DNA of 64,000 nt from a virus. Taxonomy: Duplodnaviria; Heunggongvirae; Uroviricota; Caudoviricetes. Shown piece after piece: positions 47,420 through 57,912 of the stretch. The translations under genes and the position numbers were made by a program. The DNA lies in IMG/VR virus record IMGVR_UViG_3300035696_000002; one strand, 5' to 3'. The first letter of the stretch is position 1; every line of letters begins with the position of its first letter. A model generated the notes under the pieces. That model made no database searches, was not told where the DNA came from, and worked only from the letters and a program-made list of their open reading frames with translations.

Positions 47420-50400
47420 CTACTGATATCTCTCTTCTGCCTCTACCAAAGAATACGTTTCGTACCCGTGGGCGGGAGAGTGCCACTCAACATCTACTCG
47501 TGCGGTATCCACAGCGAGGAGACGGACAAAAGCACCAAGCCTACGTTGAGCATCGGCCTGAGAGAAGAATTCAAAGATAGCAACTTTACCGCCAGTTGTC
47601 ACCTTCAACCCCGCCGATTCTGCGTTATAGCGAACGTAACCAGCCCGCATCGCGAACAACTCCGCACCTTCGTAGCCGCCCAGACCTTTGGACTGCCCAC
47701 CGCCGCGAAACTTTCCTTTGCTCTTGAAACCGAGAGCACGGGCTATTTCAGCGTGCGTCCCATTCACTGGAATATTTTTCCCGTCTGGTGTGATCCAGCC
47801 CCGACCGTGGAGCGGGTAAGACAACGCTGTTGGGGTTATCGGCTGGGTCGCCGTTCCCGCCGCAGCCGCCGTAATACCGGGGTTCTTCGGATCGAACGCA
47901 CCCGTATTGCCCGTCGCAGACTTGATCTGGGTCGGTTCGAACACAACGTAGTTGAGTGAGGCATCCAATCCGCCGCGTCCGTACATTTTTTCGGCACGGG
48001 CCGCGTAGTCTTCATCGCTCTGACCAACAAATTGAAGCTCGCCGCCCTCGACGGTGATGTAGCCATCGTAGCCAGCAGACTTAATGTCGTTCACGAGGTT
48101 GATGCCAAGCTGTTCATCGGTGGACACAGACTCCATGCCCTCTACGAACGCCCATTTGCCTTCGCGGAACAGTTTGTAGATGTGCTTTGGATCATACCCC
48201 TGTAGTTTCGCCGTATGCTTGCGGAGCCATTCACGCACCCAGCGACGCGAGGCTGGATCACGGAAATCAAGCGGGTTTTCCATCTTCAGGTAAACCGCTT
48301 TGACGTTGCCGCCTTCGCGATCCTTCCCGCCCGGATCGTAACTGTAGGTGAACTGCTCCGTGTACATCGGATTCGAGGCGAAAAAGAATCCGGGCCGGAG
48401 TGTAAGCTCCGTAGTCTTCGGACGATCAGCTTCAACCTTGTCCTTGGCCTGTTGGAGGGTGCCGAACTCGCCGCCGTCCGGGAAGAGCTTGAACTTTCCT
48501 TCCTGTTCGACGATTACGGCCTGCGTGCGGCCCTCACCCTGACCCACGGCACCCTTGCCGCCATCAAAGTCGCTCCACTTCCAGTACAGCGGACGTTCCA
48601 AGCTGAATGCATCGAAGTCTCGCGGCGATCCATGGTAAACCACCTGCGGATTGCCGTTCGCATCCACAACTTTGGAATTACCGAACCACGCTTTGAACTG
48701 CGGAGTGTCCGTCACCCTTTGTGGAGCCCGAGCCGGACTGGCTGCCGTGTGCACATCCTCTTCAGTCGAGGAGATCAGCTTCACGACCTTTGCTTTGCGT
48801 GCCCGATACTCGAACAACGTGTGCTCGCCGCCCTTGGCCTTACCGCTCCAGTAACCCTGAGCAAGGCGGGCAGCCTCCGGGTCATCTATGCTGTCCCAGA
48901 TGTACGTTGACAACTCGGAGTACCAATCCATGTCGTTCTTCTCGACCTTGCCGATAGGTTCGACGGCGTAGACGTAGTCTTCGTAGCCGCCCGCATAGTC
49001 GATCAGAGCCGGATCATCCACCATATAGACGCTATCCTTGCGAGGCAGGGCACCTTTCGGGCGATGCAGTTCTACGATGTCTTCAGTCAACTCGACATCG
49101 GGTTCTGGGGCGGTCACATACCCGCCCGGCTGGGGCGTAAGGGTGTCGCCCGGCTGGAATTTCTTCCGGCTGCCGTGGTACAGAACCGTCTTCGCTGTCT
49201 TTACCGATCCGTAGTGTGGGTCGTACTCTTTATCAACCTCATCCCTCGTCAGAACCGCACCAAAGTAAGCATCCCGCTTCACGGTAGTCTCGATGAGCGT
49301 CCCCTTCGGGGTGACGAGCCATGAGTGTGGACGCCAGAGTCCATCCGGGGACAGAGCGAATCCGTTCGCAACTTCTCCAATGCCCTTCTCCATGAGGCAG
49401 CGACTATTTCCGTGGCACTGGTTGTTCCGCATCTTCTGGAGCTTCGATCTTCCCTTCCAGTACCGACCGCGAGTGAGCAACCGCTGCACTTCGTCAGGTG
49501 GGTTGATCTGACCTCCGATCAAAACTTCGAAGCCGCCATAACCGAGTATCTTGTCCCGCAACTTGACCAAGTCGGGACGAGTCCGCAACTCAGGCTCGTT
49601 CATCTCCTCAAGCCGCTGCTGCCATTCCTTATCCACTGCAAGATCGGCAGCAGACTTGGGATTGGGGTCTACCGACGCATACTTGCTGTTCACATTGAAG
49701 ATTTTGTCGGTGAACTGGTAGCTCTTCAGCTTCGGGTATTTCGCCTTGATGCTCGTGACGATGGAGTTCGGTGCGTGCACGCCGTAGGACTGCATTTCAA
49801 CGGTGTTTTCATCTGGGTCGATGACAGCATACCCACGAAGAAGCTTGCTATCGTTCGGAATTCCCAACTCTTCTGCCCAACTGTCGTGGCTCCACGCGAT
49901 TTCCTGATCTTCGATGTAATCTTTGCCGCCACGGGACATCCAAATCAGGTAATTGCTCGCCGGAACGCGGGCAGCCGTTTTCTCCTGATCTTTTCCAAGG
50001 GCCTTGCGGATAATGTTCCCGGAGTTCTGGAACAGTTTCAGGAGGCCGGGGTGGTACTTGCTGGAATTCGTCCCGATGTCCTCCATGACAGTCTCGTAAG
50101 GCACCCAGTTCAAAGACGCGGTCTCGTCCTTGTGCTCCAGATCGTGTGTGCCGCCCGGCTGCGGGTTAAGGCCGAACTCCTGCGACACCACGCCGATGAA
50201 GTTGTGATAGTTGAACCCACCGAAGCCGGAATAGGTGAAGGCCGGGATCAAATTGATGCCGCCAGTGTACCCGGTCTCCTCGGCAAGTTCCTTCTTGGCA
50301 CTCTCAGCCGGGCCAAGGCCTTCTTGCAGGGCACCGCCGATTGTGCTGTACACGTTCGGGTGATCGACGTAGTTGGAACGCATGGCAAGGCAGATGGTGC

Positions 50401-53400
50401 CCTTTGCGGGGCACACAGGGAGGATACCGGACGCCTGCCCGGACTTACCGCCCCAGAATCCCTGCTTAGCCAGCCGCCCAGCCGGGAAACGCTCCTCAGC
50501 GTCAGCCAAGGAGTACTCGATAAAGTTGCCACGGCCCTCTTCGACGCCAACACGGGCGATATCTACCGGGAAGCGGCGGAGGATTTCGCCTGCACGGCGA
50601 TAAGCGTCTGCCTTGTCGGCAAACTGCATGAAACCGATGCTCTTGTTCGGGTCGATGACGACGCGGACGTATCCCTTGTCGATGGCCTGCTTGGTGAGAT
50701 CGTGTCCACGGAAGCCAAACTGCATTGCCATGGTTTCGTGGTCAGTATCGGAGCAATCCACCCAGTTTCCGGTTGGAGTCACCCAGCCATCGTCGCGAAT
50801 CTCCATGGGCATAGGGACGCCACGCATTTTCGGGCGGGCGAGGCGAACGCCGGGCTTCCCGCAATTCAGAGCGATTGCGGCAACCTTTGATCCCTGTGGA
50901 TCACGCACCATAAGCGTGCCCCGGACGGTTTTGAATCCACGACGGCTGTACCACGACGTAAGCTGCTCATCGTCGAGGCCCTGACCATCACCAAACGCAT
51001 CCGGCGTCAAACTCATCTTCACGCCATGCTTGTCAGCCAACGAGCACAGCCAATCCAATGCCCGTGAAGCGTTGCCTTTGCCCCGGAACAGGGAGGTGAT
51101 GTCGCTGATGTGAATCTTGCCGTCGAACGGACGGACTTCGATCACGACTTGTTCATTCCATACACGGTCGCGGTGCCCAAGTGGGTTAGGCCCAGTGCCG
51201 GAACGGAAATCATTCATGAATTCTTCGAGGGCCGGGTTCTTTGACTTCAGAGAAATCTCTGCGGAGGTTTTCCACGACCGGGATTCAAGCGGACGTTGAG
51301 CAACGACTTCTTTCTCCGGGTATAGCTGCTGGAACTCGTCAATAACCTCGTAAGGAACGCCGCCGTAATCGGAACTCTCCCGCAAGAAAATCTGAGTGGA
51401 GGCCTTACGGGCATCACCACGGGGAATGCGGTCAAATGAGTGCCCGGAGGTGGGCAGGCCCATGGCTTTGAACCATTCCAAGTGTCCCTTCTCCGATGGC
51501 ACGCCACGGAGCACTTCAACCTGACCATTTACGATGGCCCACAGGTCGAATGTCTGCCGTCCATGAAGGGCTGTCTTCACGCCATACTCTTTGAATGACG
51601 CCGGAGTCCAGAAGACCTTGTAGTGGTCTCCGTACAAGCCTGTGGCATCGCACTTTGTCTTGCCGGGCTCTTCCACACGTAAAGCCACGGCCTCAGCGAC
51701 CGGGTATCTGTCGAAGGTGAAAACTACCTGCTCCCCGTGGAGGCAAAGCGGGCGATCCTTGAACGCCCAGAACTCTTCCTTGCCGCCAGAGTCCTCAAAG
51801 AAGTGATCGCGGGCGAAGGAGGGGACTTCAATCGTGAAGGCCTTCTTGCCCGCCACAAATTCTCCGGTGTCTTTCTTGACCTGCCGGGCCTTGTCATCCC
51901 ACATCTCAATCAGGCCGGGGTCTTTGATGTTCGTCGCTTCGAGCGGCGTGCCAATATGCTTCTCCGTCCATTCACGAAGCAGCTTGTGGAGTGCCTGCTT
52001 GTTTTCGAGATCGGCCAGCCGGGCCGTGAAGACTTTTACAAGTTTGCCTTCCTTCAAGGCCTGCTTGACTTTCTCAACCATCGCCGGAATGGGCTTTCCG
52101 ATCACCAGAGGCGTGAACGGCACAACATCTTCAGCGAGCGTGCCGTCGAGATCGACACCGATCCATGGACGCCATCTTCCAGCTACCAGATCATCCTCTT
52201 CAGCAGAGAATTTCAGGGGGACATCATGCCCGTTGTACCGGAGCTTCGGTGCCACAATCGGCTCCCCGACCTGTTTGATCTGGCTCGACTTGAACACGAT
52301 GTAATCGTCGCCCGCTTTTAATGCGTGCGGTTCGATTACGTTTTTGATGATGACCCCGTCATACCCATTTTTGTGTGCGAATTCCGCAATGAGGTCTGAA
52401 CTGACGCCCCGCTTCTTCCACCAGTCACCACCGAGGAAGCCTTGCTGCATCTCTGGAGGTGCAGGAATGTTGTCGTAGAAGTTCCCTTCTGCGTCCACGA
52501 TGTACGGCTTGTTAATCGTCAGATATGCTTGGTGAACCTGCGGGCCATAAGCTCTGGCAACCTCTGGTGACGAGGTGAAGAACTCCCCGACCGTGTACTG
52601 ATCGTTCTTGATCTTGCGATTCAGCTTTTGCCCGACCGGGATTCCCCGATAAACGGGGCCATACTGCTGGGCGACCTTAGCGGCTGCGGCTTTCCCACTC
52701 ACAACACGGAAATACGTCGGCGGCAGAGGACGAGTCAAACAGACGTTCCCCGGCAGATCATTGATGTGGGCCAATTCTGTAAGGACATCGTCGGCGACGC
52801 CGTCCTCGGGGTCAACGATCAGGTTGTCGAGCGGGACATCGCGGACTTCTACGACCGTCTCGCATCCCTTTTCGCCTGCATACCAGAGAGCGTTCTGGAT
52901 TTCGTTCGTCAGGTAGAGATATTTTGTCTGCCCGGCATTACCACCCATGCCTGCCTTGTTGGGCTGCCAGCCGTGCTCGATCAGTTCCTTGGCGTTCTCT
53001 GGGCAAGTGCCGTGATAGAGCGGCGGAGCCAGTTCTGCGGCAGTTTTCGATGCACCCTCAGAGAACCACGGCATGTCAATCGTGTCGCCTGCTGTGACGG
53101 TACGGAGATTCTTCGGCGGCTTCTTCCATTCCTTTTCACCCTTGTACTTGTAGCCCGTGATCTGAATCTCTGCTCCCGGAACAACGTTAATTTCCTTCTC
53201 ATCAGCGGCCACAAGGTTCACGTATGCCGTCCGATTCCAGTCAACTTTGTTGGGCGAGTCGAGGATGCCCCGAAGCATGATGATGTGTGGGTGCCCAGCG
53301 GCAAGTTCTTCGTGCACGTAAGCATTGTTCTCGTCGTCAGACCAGAAAATGCCCGTGCCCTTCTCCTTGTACCGCCCCTTGTTAATCTCGTTGAGGCTGA

Positions 53401-56400
53401 CGGTGCCCAGTCCACGGTAAATCGTCAGCGGAAACTGGAGTGAATGGAGGCGATTCTCCGTAATCTCCCACGAAGCCCGGAGCCATTCCCAACCCACCTT
53501 GTCCAGCCACGCTTCACGTTGAGCCTCGGACAAAGTGTTCCAATCGTTGCCCTCGGCCTTCACTCGCTGGCGTGCCTCAGCCTCAATCTTATCCCAATCA
53601 CCCTGTGCCTCTTCGAGGCCAACATTGGCCCATGCCAGAGCGTCTTCCAGATCGGGCATACCCGATGCACTCTTGCTGGTCTTGAGTTCTTCGTACAATT
53701 CGTCGGTGTTTGTGTCATCGACTACTTGTTTGTTAGGCCTCTTTACGGGAACATACGCCTGAATGGTCTCGTCCCCACGCAGCTTCGCCGCCGCTGCACG
53801 GTGGTTTCCATCCAGTACAGTGCCACTGAATATAGAGCCGTTCGGATAGGAATTCATCACAATCGCCGGGAAGGGGGTGTCCATGTCCGCATATTGTTGA
53901 GCAACGGCGGGGCTGTAGTCATCGCCCGGTGTCAGAAGATCGACAGGTACATCTTTCAATTCCCACCGTGTGCTGGCACCCGTCTTAGGGTCTACGCCCA
54001 TCAGTTGATATGCCTCACGGAGGTCGGTCATGAATGGGCGTGAGTCACCGTAACGAGTGCTGTTGTCCAATATGTGCTGTGCGACGACTTCTCCGCTTAC
54101 TGCTTGCCCAGCGGTGACACTCGCCATGCGGAAATCGCCGGGTTGCTTTGCCTTATCCCCAGTCGCCAGTTCATAGAACTTGATGAGGTCTTCATCCGAG
54201 GTGATGTACTGCGACAGCGTGTTGTGAATACGGTGGTCTAACGCCTTGGCCTGCCCGATTGGCATGACCCGGAGAACTTTCGCCTTCTTGGGGTCTTCCA
54301 CCCAGAACTCGTTCCCGAATCCACGCTTTACCTGCCAGTATTTGTCACGGGGCACGTCGCTCATGTCGATCTGAGCCGCATACGCACGAGACTTGCCGTA
54401 ATAGTCCGCCCAGTTGTCGAGGTGGGACGTAATCATGAGTTTCCCGGCGTCCGCTGTGGCATCGCCCATGCTGGACATGTCACGCGGCCCCTTCTTCGGG
54501 TCAATCGTGAAGTTTGGGTCGGTCGTTACGTGCCAATACGTGCCATGCTTGATCTCGTGGAAGAAATCCTGATAGAACTGCTCAAACGAACCCGCTTTGC
54601 GTGCCTCGGCAGCGAGGCCGGACAGCGACGGCGGAATTTTCTTCAGTTCTTTGTAACCCCCGGTCTTCGAGGACAACTTTTCGGGCTCATCTTCGACATC
54701 GTAGCCTGATGGATCACGATCTGATGTGATCGAAGGTGGAGTCTTGCCGCCGTTGACGCCCTTCCACATGTAGTTGTCAGTTTCGTCGCCCTGTTCGGTA
54801 TCGTAGACGTAGCTGAAACCCATGGAATCCCAGAATCCTCTGGAACTACCCGCCCCGGTATCGCCTGCGTACAGCCGCACGAGTTTTATGTTCTTGGGGA
54901 GCCCGGCTTCCCATTGCATGTAGAACTTTCTGCCCAGACCCTTGCCGCGATCCTTCGCCGGGATCACAAACATGTCGATCCAGATCGTGCTTCCGTCCCC
55001 ATGGGTCTCAATGCTGGGCTTATCCTTTGCCCCGGTTTTGTCGAGCCACTGGAGAGCCTGTGACGGCGTCGGTTCTTCTTTACCCGCGATGTCTTCCAGT
55101 CTATCGAGGGCCATCTGAGCCATTTCCTGATCGAATGGGTTGGACGGCAGCGGCTTGTCGAATTCTGGCTGAGCGGAATCGCTGTGCTGCGGAATCATGT
55201 ACGACTGATCGGGGCCTGCGGTCTTCGTGGAGCCTGATTTTCCAGTCCCGGACAGTTGGCTGAGCGTATTGCTGCCGCCTTCGATGAACCAGCTTGCCAA
55301 ATCACTCCGCTGATGCACAATGTTGAGCACGCGGTCGATCAGTTGCAGCTTTTGCTCCGCCGTGGGGGCCTCGGAAAGCTGAATCGCGAGATTGGTGAGC
55401 TTGTTCATGGCGAAATCGCTGATCCGCCAGTTGCCCTTCTCGTCATCAAAGAAATGTTCGAGCTTTTCGAAGTAGCCGTCAGGGTATTGGTCACCTGTGA
55501 TGCCTTCGGCATACTGGATCGGGTCTTGTTGCTCATGTCCACAGAGAATCGTGTTGACTTCCAGCTTGTTGATGTTGTTTGCAATGATCCAAGCGATGTC
55601 GTCGATGCCCTTTTCGTCACGGACGAAGCCTGTCTTCGCGTAATCGTTCCAAATTTTCTTCAGACGGGCAGCGGGAACGAGCGTCCACTTCTGACGGTAA
55701 TTTTTCTGCTTCAAATGAGCAGTGTACTCTTCGATAATTTGCTGGGCGGCGGCATCCTGTCCTTCGATGTGTGAATACACGTCCGCTTCCTTCTCGAAGA
55801 GTCCCGGTGCGAGCGTTTCCAGAGCAGGCATGCCCTCGACACCCTTGACTCGTTCGTTGACAACCGAGTAGGCGTTGGTTTCTTCTCCCTGTGCGGGGTC
55901 TTGGTACTGGGTGTCGCTGAGCGGAGGCGTCTTATGCGAGGCCGTCTTGCCCGGCGTGAACTCTCCGGCGATTTCCTGCCATTTGTCGTGACCCTCAGCG
56001 AGTAATTTCTTCAAATCTTCAAGCAGATTTTCGCATTTCGAGAACTTCCACTGCCCCAAAGCGACGGCGGCGTCGCGTGCGATCCGCTGGGCGTTGTTGT
56101 AGACAGTCAACTGAGCGTGGGCGTCGGCGTATGCCTGACATTTTACCTTCAAACGGGCAACCGCGTCCTCAAAACTGAGGGAGATCGTGCCTTCTTCCTT
56201 GTGCACGTTGTAATTGTTTCGCTGATTGCCTTCCATTTCGCGGACGAAACCATACGGGTTCTGGAGAACACGCAAAACCTTCTCTACTTTGTCCTTGACG
56301 TTGCCCCACTGGCCCCGGAAACCGCTGAAATTTTCTGACATGCGGTGCGTCAGGTCTCCGGTGTGCTCAACAACGAAACTAAGGACGCCGGACGCAAGCT

Positions 56401-57445
56401 GATCGTGCTGAATTTTCAGCATCGCCTCTTCGGGAGCACCACGTTGGGCACTCGCAAGCTGCTCAAACGCCGCATCACGCTGGTAATCGTGCTCAGTCAT
56501 CTCGATTCCGCGACGATCATAGGCCCCGGTCTTGGGGGTCTTCCACTGAATGACGGCGGGATTGAGAATGAGAATACTCTGCCCGTTGGCCGACATGGGT
56601 TCGTCGATAAAAGCCCCGTCATAGCCGAGTTCTCGCATTCGCTTGGCGATCTCCGGGTAGTTCCAGAGGTAAGAGTAGTGGATTCCCTTCTTGCTCACGA
56701 GATCATCCACGGTCAAGCCCTTCTGATCGAGTAGCACAACCTTCAACACGTCCCACAGTGCGTTACGATCCTTCGGCGAGAGCATTTTCTTTGGGGTCAA
56801 TGTCGCCGTGAAAACGTTCGGGCCGTAGTCACGAGCGTCACCGGGGTCTTCTGCGAAATAGATTTCGTTGTGCGATGGTGGTGTGTCGGAATCCGTGCCA
56901 TGGTATGCCCGTATCCGCTCCAGCCCGGCAGAGGTCTTTTTAACTTCGACCGGATGGAACTCCCCCAAAGGGACTTGCACCTGCGACTTGTCTTTTCTGG
57001 AAAGTGTCACGGCATACACCGTGAAGGCCAGCCCGGCCAAAGCGTCGCTGCCTTCGTACTTGGCAGCGGCCTCGGTCGTCACGTAGGCGACTGTGACGTG
57101 CGGGGTGTATTCGAAATCGTCCGGGCGAACGCCGATGGCTTTGTCGATGGCGTTCTTCAGGTTCTCGATCTCGGGAGTCTTTTCAACGAGGGCGACAATC
57201 GGTGTGGTGGAGTGCCCTTCAAAGCCGTGGAGCTTCCCCAGCGTCACCTCGAACGGTTCAATGTCGCGGAGGGCCTGAGTGAGGGCAATCACATCCTCTT
57301 CGACGCCATACTTCAGGGTGATGTGGGGCTCAGTTTCCCGCCCGTCTCCGGCGAGTTCTGCTTCGGGGATTTCCTGCCCGACCTTCAGCACCGTCTCGGC
57401 GGCTTTGGGCGGCAGATTGATCTGTGTGAGTGCGTTCTTCGGCAT
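47420..57445 (-). CDS. giant polyvalent protein (2H phosphoesterase, multiple ART-like, 2 GNAT, ParB-like, HAD, NUDIX, Cys/His hydrolase-like modules)
   Basis: HITL/HVTV; YHG/YRG..GYDG; RGKG; DGNHR; DLDGT; GG.....E.A.KEL.EETG; 3341-aa uninterrupted ORF. Confidence 0.9.
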   Translation of the reverse strand: MPKNALTQINLPPKAAETVLKVGQEIPEAELAGDGRETEPHITLKYGVEEDVIALTQALRDIEPFEVTLGKLHGFEGHSTTPIVALVEKTPEIENLKNAIDKAIGVRPDDFEYTPHVTVAYVTTEAAAKYEGSDALAGLAFTVYAVTLSRKDKSQVQVPLGEFHPVEVKKTSAGLERIRAYHGTDSDTPPSHNEIYFAEDPGDARDYGPNVFTATLTPKKMLSPKDRNALWDVLKVVLLDQKGLTVDDLVSKKGIHYSYLWNYPEIAKRMRELGYDGAFIDEPMSANGQSILILNPAVIQWKTPKTGAYDRRGIEMTEHDYQRDAAFEQLASAQRGAPEEAMLKIQHDQLASGVLSFVVEHTGDLTHRMSENFSGFRGQWGNVKDKVEKVLRVLQNPYGFVREMEGNQRNNYNVHKEEGTISLSFEDAVARLKVKCQAYADAHAQLTVYNNAQRIARDAAVALGQWKFSKCENLLEDLKKLLAEGHDKWQEIAGEFTPGKTASHKTPPLSDTQYQDPAQGEETNAYSVVNERVKGVEGMPALETLAPGLFEKEADVYSHIEGQDAAAQQIIEEYTAHLKQKNYRQKWTLVPAARLKKIWNDYAKTGFVRDEKGIDDIAWIIANNINKLEVNTILCGHEQQDPIQYAEGITGDQYPDGYFEKLEHFFDDEKGNWRISDFAMNKLTNLAIQLSEAPTAEQKLQLIDRVLNIVHQRSDLASWFIEGGSNTLSQLSGTGKSGSTKTAGPDQSYMIPQHSDSAQPEFDKPLPSNPFDQEMAQMALDRLEDIAGKEEPTPSQALQWLDKTGAKDKPSIETHGDGSTIWIDMFVIPAKDRGKGLGRKFYMQWEAGLPKNIKLVRLYAGDTGAGSSRGFWDSMGFSYVYDTEQGDETDNYMWKGVNGGKTPPSITSDRDPSGYDVEDEPEKLSSKTGGYKELKKIPPSLSGLAAEARKAGSFEQFYQDFFHEIKHGTYWHVTTDPNFTIDPKKGPRDMSSMGDATADAGKLMITSHLDNWADYYGKSRAYAAQIDMSDVPRDKYWQVKRGFGNEFWVEDPKKAKVLRVMPIGQAKALDHRIHNTLSQYITSDEDLIKFYELATGDKAKQPGDFRMASVTAGQAVSGEVVAQHILDNSTRYGDSRPFMTDLREAYQLMGVDPKTGASTRWELKDVPVDLLTPGDDYSPAVAQQYADMDTPFPAIVMNSYPNGSIFSGTVLDGNHRAAAAKLRGDETIQAYVPVKRPNKQVVDDTNTDELYEELKTSKSASGMPDLEDALAWANVGLEEAQGDWDKIEAEARQRVKAEGNDWNTLSEAQREAWLDKVGWEWLRASWEITENRLHSLQFPLTIYRGLGTVSLNEINKGRYKEKGTGIFWSDDENNAYVHEELAAGHPHIIMLRGILDSPNKVDWNRTAYVNLVAADEKEINVVPGAEIQITGYKYKGEKEWKKPPKNLRTVTAGDTIDMPWFSEGASKTAAELAPPLYHGTCPENAKELIEHGWQPNKAGMGGNAGQTKYLYLTNEIQNALWYAGEKGCETVVEVRDVPLDNLIVDPEDGVADDVLTELAHINDLPGNVCLTRPLPPTYFRVVSGKAAAAKVAQQYGPVYRGIPVGQKLNRKIKNDQYTVGEFFTSSPEVARAYGPQVHQAYLTINKPYIVDAEGNFYDNIPAPPEMQQGFLGGDWWKKRGVSSDLIAEFAHKNGYDGVIIKNVIEPHALKAGDDYIVFKSSQIKQVGEPIVAPKLRYNGHDVPLKFSAEEDDLVAGRWRPWIGVDLDGTLAEDVVPFTPLVIGKPIPAMVEKVKQALKEGKLVKVFTARLADLENKQALHKLLREWTEKHIGTPLEATNIKDPGLIEMWDDKARQVKKDTGEFVAGKKAFTIEVPSFARDHFFEDSGGKEEFWAFKDRPLCLHGEQVVFTFDRYPVAEAVALRVEEPGKTKCDATGLYGDHYKVFWTPASFKEYGVKTALHGRQTFDLWAIVNGQVEVLRGVPSEKGHLEWFKAMGLPTSGHSFDRIPRGDARKASTQIFLRESSDYGGVPYEVIDEFQQLYPEKEVVAQRPLESRSWKTSAEISLKSKNPALEEFMNDFRSGTGPNPLGHRDRVWNEQVVIEVRPFDGKIHISDITSLFRGKGNASRALDWLCSLADKHGVKMSLTPDAFGDGQGLDDEQLTSWYSRRGFKTVRGTLMVRDPQGSKVAAIALNCGKPGVRLARPKMRGVPMPMEIRDDGWVTPTGNWVDCSDTDHETMAMQFGFRGHDLTKQAIDKGYVRVVIDPNKSIGFMQFADKADAYRRAGEILRRFPVDIARVGVEEGRGNFIEYSLADAEERFPAGRLAKQGFWGGKSGQASGILPVCPAKGTICLAMRSNYVDHPNVYSTIGGALQEGLGPAESAKKELAEETGYTGGINLIPAFTYSGFGGFNYHNFIGVVSQEFGLNPQPGGTHDLEHKDETASLNWVPYETVMEDIGTNSSKYHPGLLKLFQNSGNIIRKALGKDQEKTAARVPASNYLIWMSRGGKDYIEDQEIAWSHDSWAEELGIPNDSKLLRGYAVIDPDENTVEMQSYGVHAPNSIVTSIKAKYPKLKSYQFTDKIFNVNSKYASVDPNPKSAADLAVDKEWQQRLEEMNEPELRTRPDLVKLRDKILGYGGFEVLIGGQINPPDEVQRLLTRGRYWKGRSKLQKMRNNQCHGNSRCLMEKGIGEVANGFALSPDGLWRPHSWLVTPKGTLIETTVKRDAYFGAVLTRDEVDKEYDPHYGSVKTAKTVLYHGSRKKFQPGDTLTPQPGGYVTAPEPDVELTEDIVELHRPKGALPRKDSVYMVDDPALIDYAGGYEDYVYAVEPIGKVEKNDMDWYSELSTYIWDSIDDPEAARLAQGYWSGKAKGGEHTLFEYRARKAKVVKLISSTEEDVHTAASPARAPQRVTDTPQFKAWFGNSKVVDANGNPQVVYHGSPRDFDAFSLERPLYWKWSDFDGGKGAVGQGEGRTQAVIVEQEGKFKLFPDGGEFGTLQQAKDKVEADRPKTTELTLRPGFFFASNPMYTEQFTYSYDPGGKDREGGNVKAVYLKMENPLDFRDPASRRWVREWLRKHTAKLQGYDPKHIYKLFREGKWAFVEGMESVSTDEQLGINLVNDIKSAGYDGYITVEGGELQFVGQSDEDYAARAEKMYGRGGLDASLNYVVFEPTQIKSATGNTGAFDPKNPGITAAAAGTATQPITPTALSYPLHGRGWITPDGKNIPVNGTHAEIARALGFKSKGKFRGGGQSKGLGGYEGAELFAMRAGYVRYNAESAGLKVTTGGKVAIFEFFSQADAQRRLGAFVRLLAVDTARVDVEWHSPAHGYETYSLVEAEERYQ

Positions 57446-57480
57446 AAGACCAGCGATTTCCCCTACTTAGAAGCGAAAAG

Positions 57481-57885
57481 TTAGAACAGTGTGTGTCCCT
57501 TGTAGAGGGCGTGCTTCTTGAAGATACCACGGTCGGAAATGTACTGACGCCACTCCTCAAACGCCGGGCCGTGGTCGTCTTTCATGTTCGTGGCGAGATG
57601 GATCATCTCGTGAGCTAAAGTACTCAAAACCTTGATCCAATCCGCCTTTTCATCCAAAACAATCTCGAAATCGTGGCGGCAGCGGGGGCAATTCTTCTGG
57701 TGGGTAGCCCAAGTGGGTGTGGCTGGGCTGTCAGCCCAACCGAAATAGCTATCTTCGATCTCCCGCTTCTCTTCACCGGGTCGGGCGTATCGAACGCATA
57801 CCCGTTTTGACTCAGGGCAGTTGCCCGTAAAGAATCGGCGATTGATCTCCCGGTACCATTTGAGCAGTGTCCGATCAGACCTCAC
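57481..57885 (-). CDS. SprT-like zinc metalloprotease
   Basis: Y..IN.RFF, TLAHEMIH, HG..F. Confidence 0.8.
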   Translation of the reverse strand: MRSDRTLLKWYREINRRFFTGNCPESKRVCVRYARPGEEKREIEDSYFGWADSPATPTWATHQKNCPRCRHDFEIVLDEKADWIKVLSTLAHEMIHLATNMKDDHGPAFEEWRQYISDRGIFKKHALYKGHTLF

Positions 57886-57912
57886 AGAAATTCCCCCGAT
57901 GTTATCCTATCA

